The position numbers and the translations under genes were made by a program. A model generated the notes under the pieces. The model made no database searches. It saw nothing but the letters and a program-made list of their open reading frames with translations, and had not been told where the DNA came from. DNA of 47,074 nt from a virus (lineage: Duplodnaviria; Caudoviricetes): positions 1 through 47,074 of the IMG/VR virus record IMGVR_UViG_3300042368_002048; one strand, 5' to 3'. Positions 27,511 through 35,282 of the stretch are shown in pieces. How positions within the stretch are numbered: position 1 is the stretch's first letter; each line of letters starts with the position of its first letter.

Positions 27511-28012
27511 AAAAGAAGTCACTGATTTAATTTTATTTGGAAAAGTTCCTTCAGGGTCAAAAGAGGAAGAAGAAGATGTAGCAATTAATATATTAAAAGT
27601 TTCCGCGGATAAGTATCCGGACATTCTTTGGTCAGTTATTTTTGAAGCCTTTAGCTATGAACATACTGGAATGACTATCTCTGCCATGGCTGCATATTTG
27701 TGCAGTCCTGGCGCGAAAAGCCATCTTAATTCTAATACAAAGAAATATTTTACAGACATATTATTAACATTAAACCCAGTAGCATTATTGGATTTGACAG
27801 AGCATGTTAAAAGCAAAATTTTTGGATCTGGATTAGGAGCAAGGAACCAGAAATTATTTAGAAATGTTATTGAGCGCTGGAGCTATGATGAATTGAAAGA
27901 ATATGCTTCTTTATATCCAAAAGAACTTCTTTCATTAGTTAAATTGTTGCATCCAAGATTAAGCGACGACAAAGGAAAAATTATACAAAACATAGCTAAT
28001 AAACTCGTATAA
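27491..28012 (+). CDS. Hypothetical helical protein, weak TROVE-fragment resemblance
   Basis: GSGLG...L..YA..Y...L..LVKLLHPR resembles the TROVE G(W/L)G...LaYq..KY...DlLrL.HPK segment. Confidence 0.45.
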   Translation: MAMTKIEKEVTDLILFGKVPSGSKEEEEDVAINILKVSADKYPDILWSVIFEAFSYEHTGMTISAMAAYLCSPGAKSHLNSNTKKYFTDILLTLNPVALLDLTEHVKSKIFGSGLGARNQKLFRNVIERWSYDELKEYASLYPKELLSLVKLLHPRLSDDKGKIIQNIANKLV

Positions 28013-28067
28013 TATTGAAGTCTGTTTGAGTACGATATGACTATCCACTTTTTTAATAGGATGAGTT

Positions 28068-28274
28068 ATGGGATCAGCTATTTCTTCAGAGTCTTTAAAA
28101 AACAGCGAATTATCAAATGAAGATTTGGAAGAATTATCGGCATTTTATAAACTTTCTATTCTCGAAAGAGATTTGAATAAGTTAAAAGACATTCTAAATG
28201 AAATGAAAAAAATTAAAGAATGTTGCGCTCAATCAAATGAACTTGAGGGAATAAATGCCTCCCGCAAAAAATGA
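28068..28274 (+). CDS. Hypothetical protein
   Basis: 68-aa ORF with AGGA RBS. Confidence 0.5.
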   Translation: MGSAISSESLKNSELSNEDLEELSAFYKLSILERDLNKLKDILNEMKKIKECCAQSNELEGINASRKK

Positions 28275-28668
28275 CTTAGCAAATCAAGAATTAATTAAAA
28301 ATTTAGACGTAACTCACCAATTAGTTAGGCAATTAATTTCAGATTTGCGTGATGGCGAAATAGACTTTGCCAAATTAAGCACAGAGCTAAACCATTTAAT
28401 TGCACAGTTTAAAGAGCTATCTCACTCTTTAGATCAAACAGATGATTTAATTTTAAATATTAACTTAAAGATAGCATTGTTAGAAAAATCTGTTAATGAT
28501 TTGGAGAATTGGGTTAAAGAATATAAGCAAAAAGAACAAGTGCAAGCCATGCAGACTCAGATAGCTGATAAAAGAGGTCGATGGCAAATGTTTGCAGCTG
28601 TAGCAAGTGGTGTTATAGGTATAATAGGTTCTTTAGTTTCAATTATAATAAATCATCTAAACAAATAA
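28255..28668 (+). CDS. Coiled-coil protein with C-terminal transmembrane helix (possible holin/lysis accessory)
   Basis: Heptad-rich body, WQMFAAVASGVIGIIGSLVSIII hydrophobic C-terminus; GAGGG RBS. Confidence 0.6.
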   Translation: MPPAKNDLANQELIKNLDVTHQLVRQLISDLRDGEIDFAKLSTELNHLIAQFKELSHSLDQTDDLILNINLKIALLEKSVNDLENWVKEYKQKEQVQAMQTQIADKRGRWQMFAAVASGVIGIIGSLVSIIINHLNK

Positions 28669-28728
28669 AAACAAAGAGAAACGCTGAGTAAGATGCTATT
28701 CGTTTCAATACACAACTAGCCGTATCTT

Positions 28729-28771
28729 ATATAAACAATAACGCTTTTCCGTTATTGTTTATATTTTTTTT
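28729..28771 (+). terminator. 15-bp perfect hairpin plus T-tract directly upstream of an RBS
   Basis: ATATAAACAATAACG-cttttc-CGTTATTGTTTATAT, then TTTTTTT, then AAAGGAG. Confidence 0.6.
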
Positions 28772-28786
28772 AAAGGAGAAAGAATT

Positions 28787-28963
28787 ATGACATACGAATA
28801 TACTTGTACTTCTTGTAATCATGAATGGGAAGCAGAGCAATCCATTAAAGATGAGGCTTTAAAAGCTTGCCCTAAATGTGGGAATGAAACTGCTAAACGT
28901 TTGATTTCTAAATCCAGTTTCGTATTACAAGGTAGCGGTTGGGCAAAAGATAATTATTCATGA
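28787..28963 (+). CDS. FmdB-family zinc-ribbon protein (58 aa, absent from ORF track)
   Basis: MTYEYTCTSCNHEWEAEQSIKDEALKACPKCGNETAKRLISKSSFVLQGSGWAKDNYS; AAAGGAG RBS. Confidence 0.9.
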   Translation: MTYEYTCTSCNHEWEAEQSIKDEALKACPKCGNETAKRLISKSSFVLQGSGWAKDNYS

Positions 28964-29598
28964 TTTCCTGTTTTCAACAGCTGTCTAAATTAGAAAGTTG
29001 GATTCGAGGAATTAATCCAAATAATATTAAATTTGTTTGGATAGATTTCTCGTATTCCAATGATTTTAAATCGGATCAGTTGTATGATATTTATGGAAGA
29101 AATCAGTCATTTGTTTTAAAAAGCATATGTGATAAATATAATATTCCTTATCATGTTTATTCTGCTAGTTTGAATTCTTCAGACCAAGAAAGGTTGTTGG
29201 AATTTTCTAAATTCATGCAGTGGAAATCTGAAAATTTTAATACTATCTTAATTGGTAAGATATTAAAAGAGCAGATCTATTTCGGAGAATATAAAAAATA
29301 TTATTTTGATGTTTTAGACATATCCCCATTTGGAGATATGACCGAATCTCAATTAAAAAATTTAGTACATTTCATTCATACAAATGAAGACTTAAGAAAT
29401 TCGAGTCAATTATCTAAACTTGAATGGCTGTATCAGCAAGATCTTTTGTATAAAATTATTTCTTCCGAGGCAGATCCGACAAAACATGCTGTATGGGGCA
29501 TTTACTCTTTAGAGCAAAAATCTTTAATTGCTAAATATTACGCTTTGTTTAAAAATAGATATCATAAAATACAAAGAGAAAATATTTTCACATTATGA
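28960..29598 (+). CDS. NAD+ synthetase (NadE)-derived protein, predicted inactive
   Basis: ILIG...K.Q..FG.Y.KY....LDISPFGDM..SQL..L aligns without gaps to the NadE core; C-terminal HK; no SGGxDS. Confidence 0.6.
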   Translation: MISCFQQLSKLESWIRGINPNNIKFVWIDFSYSNDFKSDQLYDIYGRNQSFVLKSICDKYNIPYHVYSASLNSSDQERLLEFSKFMQWKSENFNTILIGKILKEQIYFGEYKKYYFDVLDISPFGDMTESQLKNLVHFIHTNEDLRNSSQLSKLEWLYQQDLLYKIISSEADPTKHAVWGIYSLEQKSLIAKYYALFKNRYHKIQRENIFTL

Positions 29599-30122
29599 GA
29601 TTAGGAAAAGAACTAGCCTCTTTGCGGGCATCAAACTCAGACAACTTTCCAGCACTAAGATTTATAATACAGTCACTTGCCATGAAGCCTGTTTCGTGGC
29701 AACTTTGGGAAAGTAAAATTAAAGATAAAATTGAAATTTATGACGATGGTCAAAAATTAAATTATAAATTATCTTATGAAGATAATTTTGATTTGTTTAG
29801 ATTTTCCAATTTATCAAATATTATTTCATATTCTAATGCGATCATTGTCGCTAAAAAAAATAAAAAAATTAAATTATGGCTGCTAGGAAAAGATAATATT
29901 GTTAGATACTTTGAGCATGTGAATGAATGGAAATCTAATCATTTATTTTCAGATACTCCAGCCTTAATATTTAATGTTGTAAATATATTTTTAGGAGATT
30001 CTGATAAAATATCAAGCTTATTTCGCATGGAGGATTCTATGATTTTAACGCCTCCATTTGACGATATAGAATATAGGACAAATAATAACTTCCTTCCATT
30101 ATGGAAAGAAATGGAAATATGA
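29595..30122 (+). CDS. Hypothetical protein
   Basis: 175-aa ORF coupled to both neighbours. Confidence 0.6.
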   Translation: MRLGKELASLRASNSDNFPALRFIIQSLAMKPVSWQLWESKIKDKIEIYDDGQKLNYKLSYEDNFDLFRFSNLSNIISYSNAIIVAKKNKKIKLWLLGKDNIVRYFEHVNEWKSNHLFSDTPALIFNVVNIFLGDSDKISSLFRMEDSMILTPPFDDIEYRTNNNFLPLWKEMEI

Positions 30123-30123
30123 T

Positions 30124-30609
30124 ATGGCAATTTTAAAAGGCTTGTTACGATATCGAAAAGGTGACGCTACTTTTCCTCAAGGAGGCGGTCATAAAATCAT
30201 TATGCATGTTTGCAATAATTTGGGAGGCTGGGGTGCTGGATTTGTAGTTGCACTATCCAGGCGTTGGAAACTTCCTGAGCAAGAATATCGTAAATGGTTT
30301 GCCGGAAAGCAGAATTTCAAGCTGGGCGAAGCTCAATTTGTTTTTGTTCAAACTGATGTCACTGTAGCAAATATGCTTGCTCAGCATGGGCTTCGTTACA
30401 ATGACGATGAGCCTGCCGTAGTTGAGCTTAAAAATCTAGAAGCCTGTCTAGAAAAAGTTTACCTCCATGCTTTCGAAAATAGCTCAACAGTTCATGCTCC
30501 CAGGATTGCCTCGGGGTTAGCGGGCTTACAATGGGAACAGGTGGAACCACTAATTAAAAAGCATTTAGTAGATAAAGGTATCGATGTTACTATCTACGAC
30601 TTGGAATGA
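30124..30609 (+). CDS. Macrodomain ADP-ribosylhydrolase, SCO6735/TARG1-DarG-like class
   Basis: YRKGDAT, HVCNNLGGWGAGFV.ALSRRW, VANMLAQHG, VHAPRI.SGLAG..W..VEPLI, TIYD. Confidence 0.9.
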   Translation: MAILKGLLRYRKGDATFPQGGGHKIIMHVCNNLGGWGAGFVVALSRRWKLPEQEYRKWFAGKQNFKLGEAQFVFVQTDVTVANMLAQHGLRYNDDEPAVVELKNLEACLEKVYLHAFENSSTVHAPRIASGLAGLQWEQVEPLIKKHLVDKGIDVTIYDLE

Positions 30610-30610
30610 T

Positions 30611-31006
30611 ATGATTCAGGAAATAGTTTCTTTGGTTAAAGAAAAACCAGTTACGGCAGGGGAAGACCACCCTGCCGATTCTATCATTTCTTTAATTGCT
30701 AAAAAAGAAACTCATTACATTGAGCTGTTCTACTTGATGATTGCTAGTTATCCTAATATTAGAGCAGATCTGTTTAAATTGCTTTGCAGATTAGATTCTA
30801 AATATTTAGACAATCTAACATTTCATGGAATTTGCAGAAGATTTTTAAATGATAACAATGTAGAAGTCGTTGATGCTGCCATTGGAATGTTTGAATCTTT
30901 TTCTGACAAATCAATTTTAAAAGATTGGCTAGATTCGAAACCTAATCAATCTCAATGGCTATTAGATTATGCTCATCAAATCGTTAATCAAGATTCTTCT
31001 TTATAA
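30611..31006 (+). CDS. Hypothetical alpha-helical (HEAT-like) protein
   Basis: RFLNDNNVEVVDAAIGMFE pattern; ATG 30611 follows the macro stop. Confidence 0.55.
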   Translation: MIQEIVSLVKEKPVTAGEDHPADSIISLIAKKETHYIELFYLMIASYPNIRADLFKLLCRLDSKYLDNLTFHGICRRFLNDNNVEVVDAAIGMFESFSDKSILKDWLDSKPNQSQWLLDYAHQIVNQDSSL

Positions 31007-31704
31007 CGAATAGCGAACCATTCCACAAATTCATGATCAAATCCAGTTGGATCAATTTTATTTGTTGTAATGTTATAATGACCTAAAAGTCCTGAATAAT
31101 TTTCTACATTGGGAATTACAGTTTTACTGTATTTCCCGTTTTTATCTTTAGGGAAAGCTAATTCAACAGCGGGGCAAAAATGATTTACTGCATAGGCTAT
31201 TTTGGCAACAGCTTCTAGTTGAGCTTTTGTTGGCTTAAAAACTTTCATGTTCATAGAATGAATTCTTTCATTCATCATTTCATGATCTTGTACTTTGTAT
31301 TTTTTTCTATTAGCCTCGCTATATAGTTTATCATCTTGCCAGGCTTGAGGCATGTAACAAATTTCAATTCCTGGACCTAAATTATTGACTGGCTTTTGAG
31401 ACCATCCAATATCTTTAATCATTAGGCATTGGTAAATGGTGGCACATCCATCTTCGTTAATGTCATCATCAACAATGAAATTGACGCTTAACCCTCTAGC
31501 ATTTAATCCAGTGTAAGTTTGTTTAGCATTATAAGTAACGGTATGATGCGTGACGCATTGTTTTATTTCTGATAATGCTTTTTGACTATCCCTGGCTTGA
31601 TATTTTCCATTATAAAAACTGTAATTAGGAGACTCGTTCCAAAGAACTACTTTGCTGTCAATATCTATTTTATTTTTTTCATCAAAGTAAATGCAAGAAT
31701 TCAT
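30988..31704 (-). CDS. N-acetylmuramoyl-L-alanine amidase (Amidase_2) endolysin-like
   Basis: VTHHT, LSVNFIVD, GIEI, GHY.....KIDP zinc-ligand pattern. Confidence 0.82.
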   Translation of the reverse strand: MNSCIYFDEKNKIDIDSKVVLWNESPNYSFYNGKYQARDSQKALSEIKQCVTHHTVTYNAKQTYTGLNARGLSVNFIVDDDINEDGCATIYQCLMIKDIGWSQKPVNNLGPGIEICYMPQAWQDDKLYSEANRKKYKVQDHEMMNERIHSMNMKVFKPTKAQLEAVAKIAYAVNHFCPAVELAFPKDKNGKYSKTVIPNVENYSGLLGHYNITTNKIDPTGFDHEFVEWFAIRYKEES

Positions 31705-32501
31705 TTTTGACCTTTGAACAAATTAATGATTAAAGCGAAAATTTGAATAATTGTTTCTATAAATTTGTTTTTAGGCTGAGATATTTGTATTTGTGGTTCT
31801 TTTGTATTTATTTCTTTTTCAGACTTTTGAGGAGCTGATGGCAGCGTAGTTGTAGCGGGGGAACTTTCTGTTACTTTTGGAGCGGTGGGCGCTAAGCTAG
31901 GCTCTCTTACAGTGGGAGGTAAGCTTTCCGGAGCACTTTCTGTTGTTCTATAATTCTCAGGAATAAACGTTATGAAGTATTCTGATTTTTTATCAAATGA
32001 CTTAGCTAACTTAGTCATTAAATTTGTATAATAATTCAAATCAGCGGTAAAGTATCCGCCTTCTTTTAATTTAGCACAATACTTTGCTATATTGCCTTCT
32101 TTTAAAGCTTCTAGAGCTGGTTGATATCTTTTCTTATTTAAGAATTGTAAATAAGCTTTAGCTCCTTCTACCGGGGAGTCCCAGCTTTGGAAAAATGTCT
32201 GTGGGTGATAAGGCTCAAACCAATGAGTTTTACCATTTAAAATTTCATTGCATTTGTAAGAAGTATATGGCTGACCTTCTCTTTTTTTTATATTTCCAAA
32301 GTTATTATTATAAATAAATTTTCCACGACCAACTTCCAAAGAAGTATGACACCACAAGATACAAAGTTGCTGTTTAGTTACGTCTATATTATAAATTTCT
32401 TTCCAGGCTTGTCGTAAGTAAAAAGCTAACTCGTCTTCTGTTAAAGCGGTGTGTACACATTCTTTGAACAATGGATCGGTGGGACGCTCTTTGTAATCCA
32501 T
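31701..32501 (-). CDS. GH73 glucosaminidase/FlgJ-like peptidoglycan hydrolase with Pro/Thr-rich tail
   Basis: LEVG (catalytic E), NNFGNIK, F..WDS..EG...Y, LKEGGYFTA..Y; AGGAG RBS. Confidence 0.8.
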   Translation of the reverse strand: MDYKERPTDPLFKECVHTALTEDELAFYLRQAWKEIYNIDVTKQQLCILWCHTSLEVGRGKFIYNNNFGNIKKREGQPYTSYKCNEILNGKTHWFEPYHPQTFFQSWDSPVEGAKAYLQFLNKKRYQPALEALKEGNIAKYCAKLKEGGYFTADLNYYTNLMTKLAKSFDKKSEYFITFIPENYRTTESAPESLPPTVREPSLAPTAPKVTESSPATTTLPSAPQKSEKEINTKEPQIQISQPKNKFIETIIQIFALIINLFKGQK

Positions 32502-32513
32502 AGCCTGCTCCTA

Positions 32514-32555
32514 AAAAGAAAATAACGCAGCATTCAACAGGAATGCTACGTTATT
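32514..32555 (-). terminator. 15-bp hairpin plus T-tract directly upstream of an RBS
   Basis: Minus strand AATAACGTAGCATTC-ctgtt-GAATGCTGCGTTATT (one G-U pair), then TTCTTTTT, then AGGAG. Confidence 0.65.
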
Positions 32556-32584
32556 ATTTCTAATTATGCAATATTTAAAATGAT

Positions 32585-33418
32585 TTAGCTTTTAACTACC
32601 TGCCAAGCAGTTCGAAATTTATCGAAATATTTTTTCTCCATCAAAGAATTGAACTCTAGCTCTTTGAATTTAATTAATAGCTTTTCTTCATTAAATGAAT
32701 GTTCTTGAACTTTCCATTTATTTTCTTCTGTCATATTGTCAGACTTAATAGTAACAAATGAAATCAAAACCATATTTCTTTGATATATGGAAATATCTTC
32801 TGCTGACAATCCGTCAACAAAATTTTCTTTTGCCAAGGTTTTCTCAGCCTTCTTAGGACCCATGATTCCGGGAATATTATCCGAAGTATCTCCTTTCAGT
32901 GCTTTGAACTGAACATAATTATATTCGGGAGCTTCCATGAACTTTTTCGTAAATGGATTATAAATCTGAACATTTAAACCATCCACCTGTAACATCTGAA
33001 TATAGTCAGAATCATTACTTATGACAATATTCTCATGCTCTTTGTTCTTTTTAACTAGGGTGTTAATTACATCGTCGCATTCATAGTCGGTATGGCTAAT
33101 TACAGTTACAGGCAAAAACTCTAGCAGCTCATATATTTTGTACTTGTTCTCACGAAACAAGTCTCGAACTTCTTTCTGCGCTGCAGTTTTAACGATTCTG
33201 TTGGCTTTGTAAGAGCTTAACAGATTATATCGAAATTCAGGCTTGCCTTCCAGTACAAAATAAACCTTGTCAGGTTTAAACTGCTCTACTGTAGCTTTCA
33301 TATTCCTGATGAAGTTATATGTCATTGCATAACTATCATCTTTATCATCTTTGCTGGCTCCAAATTTAATATTGGCTCGCCACATGGCATTCATTCCATC
33401 GAAATATAAAATTCTCAT
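32585..33418 (-). CDS. 5'-3' exonuclease / flap endonuclease (T4 RNase H-like)
   Basis: FDGMN, YKANR, ECDD, SNDSDYIQ, GDTSDNIPGI.GPKKA; AAGGA RBS fits ATG 33418. Confidence 0.9.
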   Translation of the reverse strand: MRILYFDGMNAMWRANIKFGASKDDKDDSYAMTYNFIRNMKATVEQFKPDKVYFVLEGKPEFRYNLLSSYKANRIVKTAAQKEVRDLFRENKYKIYELLEFLPVTVISHTDYECDDVINTLVKKNKEHENIVISNDSDYIQMLQVDGLNVQIYNPFTKKFMEAPEYNYVQFKALKGDTSDNIPGIMGPKKAEKTLAKENFVDGLSAEDISIYQRNMVLISFVTIKSDNMTEENKWKVQEHSFNEEKLLIKFKELEFNSLMEKKYFDKFRTAWQVVKS

Positions 33419-33425
33419 TTTTTCC

Positions 33426-34352
33426 TTAAAGAACAATTCCGAAATCTTTAATAGCTTTATGAATTGCTAGATTCTTCATTTTAAATTCAAATTCAATATC
33501 AATCTTGTTCTCGTCATTTAATTTTCTCTGCAAATCAGGAATGTAATGAACGTAATCTGAATGCTTGCGACGATCCTTAAATGACCCGTTGACGCACGAA
33601 GGATCTGTATTGCTTAAGTGCGTCAACATCTTAACACTCCAGGTCTTCATTGCAAGATCCAAACCTTCATCCACCGACAACCCTGCATCATTAAAGACAT
33701 GATGATGCGAATCATAACAGCACGGAACACCCGTTTCCTCATAGCATGCATACAAATCTTTGACATTGTAACAGCTTTCATCGTTTTCAAGCGTCAATCT
33801 AGATTTCACATTTGCTGGCAGTTTTTTGATAGTGTCAATCAGTACCGGCAACTGGTCTTTGGTTCCGCCGTGAATGTTAATTGAATAATAGGGCGTACAG
33901 TCCAATTCCATACCATCAAAAATCCAAGCGTGATGCTCTAGAATTTTAACGCTTTTATTAATTACTTCCTGGCTCTTTGATGACAATACACAAAACTGAT
34001 CAGGATGACATGTCACACGAACGTTTGATTTCTTCAAATAGTTTCCAATTCGCAAAAGACGAGAAGAAATTTCCTTATCGTTGACTAATAAATGATTTAC
34101 GGAATCATACAAAGGAAACAAATTGGATGACATTCTAAAGACTTTGAAGCCTTCTCTGACAATCTCTTGAAGCATTAGTTCTAAGTTGTTTAAATTAGAA
34201 ATCCAAGTTTCTACAATTTGTTTTTCCGGATATTTTCCATCATTGAATCTGCCAAATTGAAGATTTCTTTCCTCCATAGCATTGAAATATTCAATGGCTC
34301 CGTTTCTCTTTTCTTTTGATTTCAAATACTGACAGCACAATCCTATTGACAT
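33426..34352 (-). CDS. uvsE: UV damage endonuclease
   Basis: IGLCC, FRMSSNLFP, HPDQFCVLSS, NIHGG, RLTLENDE, YDSHHH, HLS, HSDY, EFKMKN. Confidence 0.92.
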   Translation of the reverse strand: MSIGLCCQYLKSKEKRNGAIEYFNAMEERNLQFGRFNDGKYPEKQIVETWISNLNNLELMLQEIVREGFKVFRMSSNLFPLYDSVNHLLVNDKEISSRLLRIGNYLKKSNVRVTCHPDQFCVLSSKSQEVINKSVKILEHHAWIFDGMELDCTPYYSINIHGGTKDQLPVLIDTIKKLPANVKSRLTLENDESCYNVKDLYACYEETGVPCCYDSHHHVFNDAGLSVDEGLDLAMKTWSVKMLTHLSNTDPSCVNGSFKDRRKHSDYVHYIPDLQRKLNDENKIDIEFEFKMKNLAIHKAIKDFGIVL

Positions 34353-34924
34353 TGTTCGCCAAATCCTTCCACATCAATAACTTTAATGTTTAAATCCTTG
34401 TCTCGCATCACGTTGGCGTACCATAGGTCAATGTGACGATATGTAAACCCAGATAAAAACTTCCAGAAATCATTAATTCTGCTAGTTTTAGTTTTATAAA
34501 CTCTAAAAGGCATTTCTCTTGTCACAAAATTGTGATAAGCATCAGAATTATATTCCAATTCTAATCTTTCATATTTCTTTAAAGGAGATAGTTTTTCTCC
34601 AAGATACCAAAACACTTGGTCTTTATAAATTGTTCCAAAATCATAAATATTCATCAAGTGATGATGGTTATTGTTTTTTATATAATTACAAATTTCTAAA
34701 AAACTATTTTTGGTAACTCTTGGATCCAAATTCATTTTTAATATTTTATCATTATCATAATGATAAATAACGCCTTCGGACCCTGATCCAATTATTTTAC
34801 CAATTTTTGATTTTTCTATACTGTCAGGAAGTAATGAAAACAAATATTGTTCATCATTTAATTTACAATCGTAAAGATTTTCTTCTTCAAATCTCAAATC
34901 ACAAAATGCTTCTAGTGTCTCCAT
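34343..34924 (-). CDS. Minimal protein-kinase-like (ePK/ELK) domain protein
   Basis: IGSGSEGVIY Gly loop, ILK, HIDLWYANVM catalytic loop, KVID. Confidence 0.75.
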   Translation of the reverse strand: METLEAFCDLRFEEENLYDCKLNDEQYLFSLLPDSIEKSKIGKIIGSGSEGVIYHYDNDKILKMNLDPRVTKNSFLEICNYIKNNNHHHLMNIYDFGTIYKDQVFWYLGEKLSPLKKYERLELEYNSDAYHNFVTREMPFRVYKTKTSRINDFWKFLSGFTYRHIDLWYANVMRDKDLNIKVIDVEGFGEQCQ

Positions 34925-35279
34925 ATATGCACAATTTATCCCAAGTCAAATTTACAATGCGGTATGTAATACTATGAGGTCCTATTTTGTTGTGTAGGAC
35001 GTGAGCCATGCCTAGCTTAACAAAGATGTTTACATCTGTCAAGTTCCGATCGAAATTATCTTGGTAAGAACGAATAACTAAAATTCTTTTATTATTTCTT
35101 TTTATATTTTGAATATACGATTCATATCCATCGTACCCATCATAGCCATCAACTCTAGAATCAAAAGTATACCCATCTAATATTTCATCAATAAAAAGCT
35201 GCTTAACCAACATGTTTCTAACATTGTCGGTTAAATCATTGTTTGCTACGATAATTGCTGAAGGGTATAAAGATCCCAA
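34899..35279 (-). CDS. Hypothetical protein with DGY repeats
   Basis: 126 aa, LDGYTFDSRVDGYDGYDGYES. Confidence 0.65.
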   Translation of the reverse strand: MGSLYPSAIIVANNDLTDNVRNMLVKQLFIDEILDGYTFDSRVDGYDGYDGYESYIQNIKRNNKRILVIRSYQDNFDRNLTDVNIFVKLGMAHVLHNKIGPHSITYRIVNLTWDKLCIYGDTRSIL

Positions 35280-35282
35280 TCA

